DNA from: a virus
IMG/VR virus record: IMGVR_UViG_3300023184_000033
Coordinates: 32,001-96,000 of that record
Length of the DNA stretch: 64,000 bases
Direction: 5' to 3' (one strand)
This document shows, in pieces, positions 34,272 to 43,712 of the stretch. The notes beneath the pieces are model-generated. The model worked only from the letters and a program-made list of their open reading frames with translations. It searched no databases and was not told where the DNA came from. Position numbers and translations under genes: made by a program. The number at the start of each line of letters is the position of its first letter. Position 1 is the first letter of the stretch.

Positions 34272-34364
34272 AGTTCTTTCATTTCAAATGTACCATCAAA
34301 AGCTGTTGACAAAGGGCTTGACAACCTGTATATTTCTCTATGTCCCCCCTTTAAGTTTGCTGAT

Positions 34365-34736
34365 TCAATGCATAACCACATTATTAGCTGTTTCCAGTTC
34401 TATCAATGCTGCTAACATATCTTTCATACTTTCCTCATCACGGGGTTCATCTTTTTCTCGGCTTAACGCACGTTTCAACTTACGGATCGTTTCCACATAA
34501 TATTCTGCAAAGTCTGAGTTTGGACACATCTCGCAAAGTATTTCTTTGGATTCAATAGTTACTGTATCACCTTCCATTACAGACAAAGGTAACCATTGTT
34601 CCAACACCAAATGAGAATTGCGAACTTCAAACATCATTGGATTATCCAATTCAACCAAGTCTTTTGTTAATAATGTTCTTGTTGTGATAACATCCACACC
34701 ATCTCTGAACCTAACAATTTTTACTAAGTCAAGCAT
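34365..34736 (-). CDS. Conserved hypothetical protein between uvsW and gp55
   Basis: 123 aa coupled ORF. Confidence 0.75.
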   Translation of the reverse strand: MLDLVKIVRFRDGVDVITTRTLLTKDLVELDNPMMFEVRNSHLVLEQWLPLSVMEGDTVTIESKEILCEMCPNSDFAEYYVETIRKLKRALSREKDEPRDEESMKDMLAALIELETANNVVMH

Positions 34737-36255
34737 TTTTAATTCCTATTTTATAAATCTTAAAAGAGAACTTCTCTTCATTATATATTTTAACTCTTTC
34801 CACGAAATGTTTTAAAGTGAAATTCATATGTTTCTTATATCTCAAGTCATCAGCTATGTCATAAAGAGTTGCTTTAATTTTGCCTTCAGCTTGTCGTAAT
34901 CCTCTTCCAATCGATTGCAAATTTCGCACTCTTGATTTAGATGGTGACGCAAATATAATGTTATGCAAATTCCTAATGTTAATTCCAGTAGAAAAAGTCC
35001 CAAAAGAAGCCACAACAATAGCATCATTTTCTTTCTCCATTATTCGTCTAATTTCCTCACGTGCATCAGTATCTGTATTACCAGAAACAAAAAAGACTTT
35101 GCGGTCAACAGCTTTGTCCTTAATCATATTATACAGTATTTTACCATGTTTTTCAACCATTTGATACAAAACTAATGTATTCGTACCTAATGATATAGTA
35201 AGGTTTCTTATAAACTTATTGCGTTGTTCATTAGAAATTAAAAACTCTATTTCTTCTTGGTATGTTTTATCTTTTATTTGTTGGCAGATATCATCATTAT
35301 ATTTAAGAACCAAACATTTAATTTCAAAATCAGAAACTTGTTTATTGTCGATTAACTCTCTGGTCGTGGTTACTTGTTTAACCTTACCAAATAATCCCTC
35401 TAACACCAGTTTATGTGTCTTAGTACCATCTAATGTACCAGTTAGACCAATACGATACTTGGCATTCGTGCAAGATGTTAGAATAGACGTAAGTGATTGT
35501 GCCTTGAATAGGTGTGCCTCATCACCAATCACATAGTCAAATTGTTCAAAGTATTCTTTTGGCATGTTATATAGAGACTGCCACGTAGAAATAGTAATTG
35601 CTTTATCTGTGGTCTTCTCTTTGCCTTGATATATTCGGTGTACATGCATATAGTTTTTAAAAGTAGATTCACTGGCATAGTCACCAAAATCGCCATATAA
35701 TTGTTCAACCAAAGATGTTGTTGGAACAATAATCAAACCTTTGAGGCCTTGATAGTCAAGTAATTGCCTACAAATTAAATATATGATTAGTGACTTACCA
35801 GATGCAGTTGGAGATAATAACAAAGCTCTACGTCTTTGCATTGCATGAATAAATGCATCTAGTTGATAGTCTCTAACATCAACTGGTTGGCCCCGTGAAT
35901 GTAGATTTAAATCTTCTGCAAACTTCTTGGCCAAATAAATTGAGAAGTCATCTTCTACATCTGCTCTAGTATCATCATATTCAAATGTGTACTCACGTTC
36001 ACGGAAGAAGTCTTCCACGTAAGGAAGAAGGCCAAGATATATCTGACTAGTCTGTAGATTGAATAGTCTTATCCGGCCGTCCCAAATCTTGTTACGGAAC
36101 GCTGGAACAAATTGGTGTCCAGGTACAAAGAAGGTAAAGTATTCTGAAAGTTCTTTTGCAATATGCCGTTCACACGTAATTTTTGCAAAGACTTCATTTA
36201 CTTTGGATATAATGTTATTGTCCGCCAACGAATTTTTCCCATGATATAAAGTCAC
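34729..36255 (-). CDS. uvsW: UvsW SF2 helicase (true start may be TTG at 36228)
   Basis: SPTASGKS, GDEAH, LQSIGRGLR. Confidence 0.96.
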   Translation of the reverse strand: MTLYHGKNSLADNNIISKVNEVFAKITCERHIAKELSEYFTFFVPGHQFVPAFRNKIWDGRIRLFNLQTSQIYLGLLPYVEDFFREREYTFEYDDTRADVEDDFSIYLAKKFAEDLNLHSRGQPVDVRDYQLDAFIHAMQRRRALLLSPTASGKSLIIYLICRQLLDYQGLKGLIIVPTTSLVEQLYGDFGDYASESTFKNYMHVHRIYQGKEKTTDKAITISTWQSLYNMPKEYFEQFDYVIGDEAHLFKAQSLTSILTSCTNAKYRIGLTGTLDGTKTHKLVLEGLFGKVKQVTTTRELIDNKQVSDFEIKCLVLKYNDDICQQIKDKTYQEEIEFLISNEQRNKFIRNLTISLGTNTLVLYQMVEKHGKILYNMIKDKAVDRKVFFVSGNTDTDAREEIRRIMEKENDAIVVASFGTFSTGINIRNLHNIIFASPSKSRVRNLQSIGRGLRQAEGKIKATLYDIADDLRYKKHMNFTLKHFVERVKIYNEEKFSFKIYKIGIKNA

Positions 36256-36649
36256 GTAGTTGCCATGTTCTTTGTTTCAATTCACTCATGATTGATTCAA
36301 TAACAGACACCACTTCCTCATGATACACTTTCTTTTCCAATAACTTAATCAAGTCATTGTCTGCTTCCAAATATGTAGTAATGTCGGCTTTGAGTGTAAA
36401 TTGAAAGGGTTGCCAACCATAGTCTTGCAGGTCTTCTTGAGACATTTTACCCGTAAAGTATTCCCATTTGACCTTACGCATACGTAGATAGTCAAAGTGT
36501 GCCTTCTTGGAAGCAATCTTGTGTTTGGTTAAGATTGAAAGATACTTATTGTGTAGAGTCGGAATCTTCAACAATTCTTTGCCAGGTTCTGTCTGGTCTA
36601 TCTCAGTATCTTGTTGCCAATATTTAAGTACTTGTTCTAAATTTTCCAT
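36215..36649 (-). CDS. uvsY: UvsY recombination mediator
   Basis: KIPTLHNKYL, YLEAD; promoter TTGACA-17-TATGAT at 36674-36702. Confidence 0.93.
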   Translation of the reverse strand: MENLEQVLKYWQQDTEIDQTEPGKELLKIPTLHNKYLSILTKHKIASKKAHFDYLRMRKVKWEYFTGKMSQEDLQDYGWQPFQFTLKADITTYLEADNDLIKLLEKKVYHEEVVSVIESIMSELKQRTWQLRDFISWEKFVGGQ

Positions 36650-36698
36650 AATAAAGTGGTTGGTAAAAATACCATCATATCATATAATATAATAAATG

Positions 36699-37214
36699 TC
36701 AAGCGTTTAGTGGTAATATATCAAAGTGTGTGTATTTAAAAGTAACTGAGGCCGTTAGAATATCATCAGCAGAAGTTTTGGTGTCAAACTGTACATCAGA
36801 TAAAGAAACTGGATACATGTCTGCAAATTGAATACGAAATAATGGATTGTTTAAAGATGATAATACAGTTAATATTCCATCAGATACTAATTTGCCACCA
36901 TATTGTTCCACCAAATCTTTTTTAATATTTTGGTCATGATATGCCATAGTGCGGAACCAATCATACATTTGTTTCCAACTTTCCATTGCTTCATCAATGG
37001 TGAAAGTAATCTGCAAATCTTCATAATTAATCTTATTACTTGGATAACTTGTTTCCAAAGTTGGTGTAGAACGTGTAATAGGATCGACAGATACACCAGG
37101 AAGATTAACACTTTGACAAAAGTATTGTGTTGCAGGTGAACGATTAAACACCAACAAGAACTTGGTTGGTTGTAGATAATTGGTATTCTGTGGTGCTCTT
37201 GTAATGGCCGTCAT
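36699..37214 (-). CDS. 3: gp3 tail tube terminator / tail completion protein
   Basis: YFCQSVNLPG, F.IDE, YPVSLS. Confidence 0.88.
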   Translation of the reverse strand: MTAITRAPQNTNYLQPTKFLLVFNRSPATQYFCQSVNLPGVSVDPITRSTPTLETSYPSNKINYEDLQITFTIDEAMESWKQMYDWFRTMAYHDQNIKKDLVEQYGGKLVSDGILTVLSSLNNPLFRIQFADMYPVSLSDVQFDTKTSADDILTASVTFKYTHFDILPLNA

Positions 37215-37243
37215 TTAATTCTCCTCTGTAGTATTTAGGAGCC

Positions 37244-37270
37244 AAAAAAAAGACCACCCGAAGGTGGTCT
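37244..37270 (-). terminator. Terminator after gp23
   Basis: AGACCACC-TTCG-GGTGGTCT plus T7. Confidence 0.9.
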
Positions 37271-37314
37271 TTGAAGTGTCACTCTTAATGGTGACTTCCC
37301 ATCCCGAGGGATGA

Positions 37315-38652
37315 TTACATCAAGTTCTTTACACCGAAAATGCGATAGTAAACGTTTGAACGTGGTGTCAACTGACCATTTGAAGGTGTAATACCTTGTG
37401 AGAATGGGTTTGCAACCATGCCGTAACGAGTCTTGAATCCAATTTTTGGTTGGAATGTGAACTGGTCAACTGCACGAACCATTTGTAGAGGAACGTATGG
37501 GCAGTAGAACAAACCAGCGTCATAAGGAGAAGAACCCTTATAACCAACTGTTACCAATTCTTGGTTAGATGCATATCCACCAAAATATGGGTCAATGTAA
37601 ACTTTGATACGACCGTGTAACAAACCAGCAAATGTATTGCCTGTGTCATCAACTTGTAGGTCAGCAGATAGTGCAGGTGTGTAAGAAAGAACACCAGCCA
37701 TTGCCATAGCAGAAGCAACGTCTGAAGAAACAATCAATACGTTACCTTTACCACGACGAGTTTGTTTTGCAATAACGTTAGCATCACGTTCGATTTGGAA
37801 AATCAAACCTTTGAAACGCTCTACAGACCAACGACCGTTAGAGTCAGTATCTAAGTCGAAGTAACCAGCAGTTGTTGTACCATACTGAGCACCTGTTACA
37901 GCAGTTGCGTAGATTGTACGGATAACTTCACGGTTGATTTCAGAAAGAATCTCAGTAGACAGAATGTTAGACAATTCTGTTTCTGCGTCAAGACCGTGAA
38001 CAGCTTTCAAGTCTTGTGCAAGTTCTAGTGAGTATTCAGCCTTCAAAGCACGTGATTGAGCAGTTACGGTAACTTTCTCAATGCTGAATGCCATTTGTTG
38101 GAATACGTTAGCACCTGTACCGTAGTCAGCAGCGCCTAAGAATTCAGCGTTAACTGTTGGAACACCAATACCAGTTGTGTACTGATTGTTAGCCAAGTTG
38201 CTAACTGGGTTAGTACCTGTATCAGTAGTTGTTGTACCTTGGAAACCGTATGGGTTTGCAGCAGAGTTACCACCAGAGAATACTGTGTTGGCTTCATTGA
38301 AGAAGGCCTCAGCACCATTGTTGGTAGCGTAACGAGCACGCATTGCAAAAATCAAACCTGTTGGTCCTGTCATTGGCTGAACGCCAGCAACATCATAAGC
38401 AATCAAGTTTGGTAGTGAACGGCGAACTAACGAAATCAAGATAGGGTCAAAGTTAGACACACCACCTGTTACGTTTGTAGGACCAGTTGCTGAAACTTCG
38501 TTCAACTGGCGTGAGCTTTCAGCCATTTCACGTTGTTGGTTTTCCAAAACAAGGGCAGTAACTGCACGCTTGTATGGGTCTTTAATAGACTCTAGTTCTG
38601 GATGGTCCAAAACTGGTGCCCATTTTTTTTGTAATTCTTCTGTTAGATACAT
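37315..38652 (-). CDS. 23: Major capsid protein gp23
   Basis: GVQPMTGPTGLIFAMR, ELAQDLKAVHGLDAE, FQPKIGFKTRYG. Confidence 0.99.
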   Translation of the reverse strand: MYLTEELQKKWAPVLDHPELESIKDPYKRAVTALVLENQQREMAESSRQLNEVSATGPTNVTGGVSNFDPILISLVRRSLPNLIAYDVAGVQPMTGPTGLIFAMRARYATNNGAEAFFNEANTVFSGGNSAANPYGFQGTTTTDTGTNPVSNLANNQYTTGIGVPTVNAEFLGAADYGTGANVFQQMAFSIEKVTVTAQSRALKAEYSLELAQDLKAVHGLDAETELSNILSTEILSEINREVIRTIYATAVTGAQYGTTTAGYFDLDTDSNGRWSVERFKGLIFQIERDANVIAKQTRRGKGNVLIVSSDVASAMAMAGVLSYTPALSADLQVDDTGNTFAGLLHGRIKVYIDPYFGGYASNQELVTVGYKGSSPYDAGLFYCPYVPLQMVRAVDQFTFQPKIGFKTRYGMVANPFSQGITPSNGQLTPRSNVYYRIFGVKNLM

Positions 38653-38703
38653 TATGGTTTCTCCTTATGAGTATCTTTGATGGTAAGTTTATTTATAAAA
38701 ATT

Positions 38704-39954
38704 TTATTTTACCAATGTCTGAGAAATTGTCTTTGCGTAAGATTCAATTAAAGAATCAGAAGAACCTTTTGATTTCTTCACTTCTTCTTCAATATGAACT
38801 TCGTCATCCAATGCAGAATTATTAGCAAATTTTACTGAACTCTGGAAATATGAATCCTTGAGTGTTTCTAATTTGTTAGAAAATTCGGTCTCAGTAGTGT
38901 ATTCAATACTCTCTGCGAGTGATTTCATTTTTTCTACTTGAGTTTGAGTTAGGCCTTCACAAACTGTATGTACGGCCTCAATTTTTTTGTGTTCGTTAAG
39001 TTCTTTCTTCAATTCAATTGAAGTTCTAACTTGTGCGTTGTATTGTTCTTCAAGTTCATCTACCTTAGCAGATAATTCTTCAACAACATCAACTTTTTCT
39101 TCTGGAATGTCGATATAGTGTTCAGCAAATAACTTGTGTAGACCACCAATGAATTCTTCCACCACTTCAGCACGTAGGCCTTTGTCGATAGCGATTTGGT
39201 TTTCTTTTACCCATTCTTCAGTCATGTAAGTTAGGTAGTCATCAACTTTAGATGCCAAGTCTTCTTTGATTTCATCAACGGCAACTTGAAACTGTTCGAC
39301 CAATTCGTTTTCCATTTCTTCAACAATTTCTTCTACACGTGTAGTAACGGCAGCTTCAAAAATTGTTGTTGCTTTAGTAGCAAATTCTTCTGAAAGATTT
39401 TCACCTGAAAGAAGAGCATCGATATCTTCTTTCATTCTCATTTTCATTTTTGCATGTCTTGCTTCTTTACGTTCGTGAGCAGCAGACTCTTTGTCTTCTT
39501 TATCTTCTTCTTCGATAACATTTTCGTCATCAACTTCAGATTCTTCACCATAAGACTGGAATGTTGCACCAGGATTCTTAGCTAATTTTTGTTGTGGTGT
39601 TGCACTACCTTTGCGGTCAACATAAGCAGGATCGTTTTGAACGAACGCTTCTTTGTCGCCACCTAAGTCTGAACGACCTTGTGATTGACCAGGTTGTGGA
39701 GCCAATTTTTTCATTGGTTCTGAACCTACTGGTGGAGTTGCTCCAGGTGGTGTTGCCGTTGGCACACCTTTAGTTGCTTGTACGCCTTGGTTGCTAGTGA
39801 TACCACCAACTTCTTTAGTGCCATAAGCAACTTCGCCAGAAAGCTTACCGCCTTTGTCGCCTGAACCACGCTTAGAAGCAACGCTGGCTTCCAAGTTTTC
39901 TTTTGCGCCTTCTAAAATGTTTTTAGCGGCTTCTGACAAATTGAATTTTGACAT
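38704..39954 (-). CDS. 22: Prohead scaffold gp22
   Basis: LSEEFATKATTIFEAAV, VDDYL.Y..EEW; late promoter at about 39983-39990. Confidence 0.93.
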   Translation of the reverse strand: MSKFNLSEAAKNILEGAKENLEASVASKRGSGDKGGKLSGEVAYGTKEVGGITSNQGVQATKGVPTATPPGATPPVGSEPMKKLAPQPGQSQGRSDLGGDKEAFVQNDPAYVDRKGSATPQQKLAKNPGATFQSYGEESEVDDENVIEEEDKEDKESAAHERKEARHAKMKMRMKEDIDALLSGENLSEEFATKATTIFEAAVTTRVEEIVEEMENELVEQFQVAVDEIKEDLASKVDDYLTYMTEEWVKENQIAIDKGLRAEVVEEFIGGLHKLFAEHYIDIPEEKVDVVEELSAKVDELEEQYNAQVRTSIELKKELNEHKKIEAVHTVCEGLTQTQVEKMKSLAESIEYTTETEFSNKLETLKDSYFQSSVKFANNSALDDEVHIEEEVKKSKGSSDSLIESYAKTISQTLVK

Positions 39955-39991
39955 TTTTAAAATCTCCTTGATTTAGTATGGATATTTATAA

Positions 39992-40636
39992 TTAAAGTTT
40001 TTTAAGGAATGTTTCGAATATGCGTAGACTTACTTCTTCAATCTCTCGACCACTTGCTTTTTTAATCGCACGTATTGCTTGAGTTTGTTCAACTTCCGTC
40101 CAACGACCATCCACCATCATCCATTGTTTGCCTTCCATAATACCTTGAACAAAGGCACCAGGTGCAGACGGGTCTGCTACAATATCTGCCGCTGTGGCTA
40201 GATGAAAGTCATCTTGAACAATGTTAACACCATTGATGCATTTTATAGAACCTAAACCTCTAGATGAAACTCCTAATTGAGCTCCTCCTTCGATAAGGTT
40301 TCTTGCAATGTTACCCATTGGAGTTTCAAGAATCTTTGCTTTGCCAATCCAAACAGAACCTTCTTTGCGTAATGCCACGTTTAAGTGAGATACACGGTCA
40401 AGATTGATGGAAGGTGTTTCAGGATGTCCCAATTCACCAAAAGCACGGTTTTTATTAATATATTCTTCTGTGTATCGTTCAACCTCTTTATGCATGATAT
40501 CTTCTTTATACATGCGGTTGTTACGATTTACCTTTTCTGCTACGAGGAAAGGTCCTTCGATGTACAAGAATTTCTTGCCATCTTTTTCTTCAGTTATATA
40601 ATTAACGGTTTCATTAATTTCTTTAATAAGTTTCAT
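39992..40636 (-). CDS. 21: Prohead protease gp21
   Basis: Start at MKLIKE; GELGHP, GVSSRG, DIVADPSAP. Confidence 0.96.
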   Translation of the reverse strand: MKLIKEINETVNYITEEKDGKKFLYIEGPFLVAEKVNRNNRMYKEDIMHKEVERYTEEYINKNRAFGELGHPETPSINLDRVSHLNVALRKEGSVWIGKAKILETPMGNIARNLIEGGAQLGVSSRGLGSIKCINGVNIVQDDFHLATAADIVADPSAPGAFVQGIMEGKQWMMVDGRWTEVEQTQAIRAIKKASGREIEEVSLRIFETFLKKL

Positions 40637-40637
40637 A

Positions 40638-41165
40638 TTAATGTGGTTCCAAATTATATGGTTTGTAATTAAACGCAGCAGGATCATTAAGTTGGCCACG
40701 TTGATAATGAGAATTGTCTTTACGTAATTCCATAACAATAGTGTATGAATCATTTGCTGACATACCACGTGTTACTATACCAATATCACCTATGCAACCA
40801 GCAGTTCCTGCAGCATTATTTGGAATTGTAATCCAATTGCCATGGCCATTATATTCTCCATTGGCGTTCATGATAAACATTGGTATTTTACTACTCGCAT
40901 TCCAAAATAATTGAACATCTCCATTAGAAGAACAATCATACCATAATCTTGAAGTGGCCAATCCATAGTAAGAAAGTGCGCCAGTATTTGCTGATGATGA
41001 TAACAAATTTCCTTTTGAACTATCTAGAGCACCAGATAGTGTATTTGCTTGTACACGAGCAACGTTTGATTCTTGGCCTGATGCACCATCGAAAGAACCA
41101 GTCAATTTAATAACAGCATGTTCTGTTGTATCTTTCAATACTTGATATGTGAATGAATTTGCCAT
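40638..41165 (-). CDS. Hypothetical virion/prohead protein (gp68 position)
   Basis: 175 aa between the gp67-like gene and gp21. Confidence 0.65.
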   Translation of the reverse strand: MANSFTYQVLKDTTEHAVIKLTGSFDGASGQESNVARVQANTLSGALDSSKGNLLSSSANTGALSYYGLATSRLWYDCSSNGDVQLFWNASSKIPMFIMNANGEYNGHGNWITIPNNAAGTAGCIGDIGIVTRGMSANDSYTIVMELRKDNSHYQRGQLNDPAAFNYKPYNLEPH

Positions 41166-41176
41166 TTTTTATTCCG

Positions 41177-41389
41177 TTATTCTTGTGTTTGTTCTTCGGA
41201 TTCTTCGTCTTCAGATTCAAACGATTCTTCTGATTGTGTATCTTTAATCAAATTCTGTGCAATCGACTGTTTGTGTGCAGCCAAATGAGCAGAAACTTTA
41301 TCGTGAATTGCTCCATATAATGCATTTCGCATTTCACTTGCATTATCGTCATATGCGTAATCTACAACTGCTCTAGTATTATCTGTCAT
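41177..41389 (-). CDS. gp67-like prohead core protein
   Basis: Small, acidic tail, follows the portal gene. Confidence 0.6.
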   Translation of the reverse strand: MTDNTRAVVDYAYDDNASEMRNALYGAIHDKVSAHLAAHKQSIAQNLIKDTQSEESFESEDEESEEQTQE

Positions 41390-43073
41390 TTTTATTCTCC
41401 ATGATTAGTTTATTTATATCACTATTGGCTTCTTCTTTTTTATTGGAAGTTTTTGTATTAGTTTTTTGTTCTGGTACATCAGTTTCGGTGTCCAATGGTG
41501 CACCGTCTGGTGATAATCCTAATGAACGATTAATATCTGGCATCATTATTTGATTTTGAATATCTGTAGGAAGACCACGGCCATCTTTCTTTTCTTTCTC
41601 AATCTCTTTACGCATAGATTTGATTTCATCATCAGACAACCGCAAAACATTACGTTGAATCCATGCTTGTGAAAAGTAATTACCAGTATATGGATCAACA
41701 GAAGACAACAACTGTAGTCTGTTGGTCATCAATTCAGCATCTTTTAATTCTGTAAAGTTATTATCTTTAATAAAGTCATAATGAATATTTTCTTTAAATT
41801 CATTCCACTCTTCATTAGTACAAATACCTTTAAGTACACACTGTACACGCAATGTTTGGTCAAAAACATCAGAGAACTTTATTCTCATACGTTCAACAAA
41901 CTTACTAAACTTTAATTCATCACGTGTTACCTCAGCAGAACGACCAAGTGAAAATCCTTGGTCTGGTTCTAGTCTAGAGATAGGCACACTTAATGAACCA
42001 TACAATTTTCTTTGGAAATACTTAATGTCTTCAAGTTCACCTAAGTTTTGTCCACCAGGTAAAGTTGTAATTTCTGTTCCTTTTCCACCTTCTCTACGTG
42101 GCAACCAGTAATCTTCCATCATCGACAAGTATTTACGGTCATCACGTACTTCACCAGTATTGGCATCATACACAACCTTGTTCTTATACTTGACCATAAT
42201 GTCCCGAAGGTATTGTTCCGCCTTTAGTTTAGGCAAGTTACCAACGTCAATGTAGAAAATTCTACGTTCTGGTGCTCTAGAGATACGATAGATAACAATC
42301 GCATCTTCAATCATTCTCAACTGATTAAGTGGTTTGATTGCTTTGTGCAGATACGACAACACCACTGCTCGGCGAGAATCCATCAAACCAGAAACAACGG
42401 AGATGATAGAATCAGTAGTAATGCGTACACCAACTGGTCCAAAATTTGCAGATGAACCTGTAACAACCTTGTCATTATAGATGTAGTATTCATTTACTGT
42501 ATCTACAATATCAACACCTGTACGCTCATCTTTTTTCTTCTTTAACTCACGAACTTTGCGAAGCTTCCGTGGATCGATATATCTTAATTCTTTAATACCT
42601 TCTACCGGATTTTCTCTGTCAATTACTATGTGGTAATACATTCTTCCGTCAATATAGTATCTGCGGAATATATCTTGTGCCATTTTGTTGTAATTAAACA
42701 ACCGAAGGACATTTTGAAATTCTTTCTTGATAGAATCTTTAATCTTATCTGGTTGTTTTAAATTGTCCAGTACAATTTCAATTGTTTTCCCGTCATCGTC
42801 TTGACAAATTGCTTCGTTAACGATATCATCAATTGCTGATTCAATTTCTGGCTGCATAGCCATCTCACGATATCGGGAAATCAACTCTACTTCATTTTTT
42901 GCAGTTCCATCTAAATCAACATATGTACCATAATATGCTGCTGATTGAATTGTTAATGCACCATCATCGTTTGTTTGGGGTGCGAACGATTTCTGCACAG
43001 CCGAGTCTTCTTCAGACTTTTGGCGTGAGATTGTAAATCCAAAAAGAGAGAATTTATTGTTTATATCTGCCAT
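41379..43073 (-). CDS. 20: Portal protein gp20
   Basis: YRISRAPERRIFYIDVGN, EDYWLPRREGGKGTEI. Confidence 0.99.
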   Translation of the reverse strand: MADINNKFSLFGFTISRQKSEEDSAVQKSFAPQTNDDGALTIQSAAYYGTYVDLDGTAKNEVELISRYREMAMQPEIESAIDDIVNEAICQDDDGKTIEIVLDNLKQPDKIKDSIKKEFQNVLRLFNYNKMAQDIFRRYYIDGRMYYHIVIDRENPVEGIKELRYIDPRKLRKVRELKKKKDERTGVDIVDTVNEYYIYNDKVVTGSSANFGPVGVRITTDSIISVVSGLMDSRRAVVLSYLHKAIKPLNQLRMIEDAIVIYRISRAPERRIFYIDVGNLPKLKAEQYLRDIMVKYKNKVVYDANTGEVRDDRKYLSMMEDYWLPRREGGKGTEITTLPGGQNLGELEDIKYFQRKLYGSLSVPISRLEPDQGFSLGRSAEVTRDELKFSKFVERMRIKFSDVFDQTLRVQCVLKGICTNEEWNEFKENIHYDFIKDNNFTELKDAELMTNRLQLLSSVDPYTGNYFSQAWIQRNVLRLSDDEIKSMRKEIEKEKKDGRGLPTDIQNQIMMPDINRSLGLSPDGAPLDTETDVPEQKTNTKTSNKKEEANSDINKLIMENKNDR

Positions 43074-43141
43074 GTTACCTTCATATTAAAGTCAAAAAAA
43101 CATAAGAAAGGGAGAATGAACTCCCTTTCCATATAATAAAA

Positions 43142-43684
43142 TTAAGAAGTACTTGCTGCTTCCCACCATTGATAGGCAAAAGTGATGCCATATTCTTCTA
43201 TGGAGTCATTTGTTCCCCAATCTAAACCAATTGGTTCAATATCGGTTGGGAATAAACCCACGAACCTATAAGTTTTAATTGCATCACCATTCTTAGCATA
43301 TTGAGTCACAGTAGCATCTGCTGTATAAGATGTTGGACTTTGTGCATCGTCGTTTCTTTTATTACCCACATGACTATTTATTGCGTTCATCCATGATTCC
43401 ATGGCGTTACGAATTGTAAAATCTTCATCGTTGATGATTTGTACGGACCAATCTGGAAAAGTTCTATTTCCAGCAAACTTCAACTCACGACCAAAGTAAA
43501 ACACTGGGACTGTGCCGAGTGTTGAACCTGGAAGTTGTGAAGCTTTAGCCATAAAGGTTGTTTTTGAACTGGCAACTGCATTGCCGGTCACGATAGTTGG
43601 GAAGTTTAACGCTACTGAAAATAGATTGGGACGGGCACCGTCTCCAATCATGTTTGAACGAAACTCTGTTACATTGAAAGCCAT
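43142..43684 (-). CDS. 19: Tail tube gp19
   Basis: GARPNLF, GRELKFAGNRTF. Confidence 0.96.
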   Translation of the reverse strand: MAFNVTEFRSNMIGDGARPNLFSVALNFPTIVTGNAVASSKTTFMAKASQLPGSTLGTVPVFYFGRELKFAGNRTFPDWSVQIINDEDFTIRNAMESWMNAINSHVGNKRNDDAQSPTSYTADATVTQYAKNGDAIKTYRFVGLFPTDIEPIGLDWGTNDSIEEYGITFAYQWWEAASTS

Positions 43685-43712
43685 TGTTTTCTCCTAATTT
43701 CTTTTTTATTTA

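Noticed and set aside
40637-40768. N-terminal extension of gp21 in the ORF track
   Set aside because: It overlaps the upstream gene; the family start MKLIKE is at 40636.
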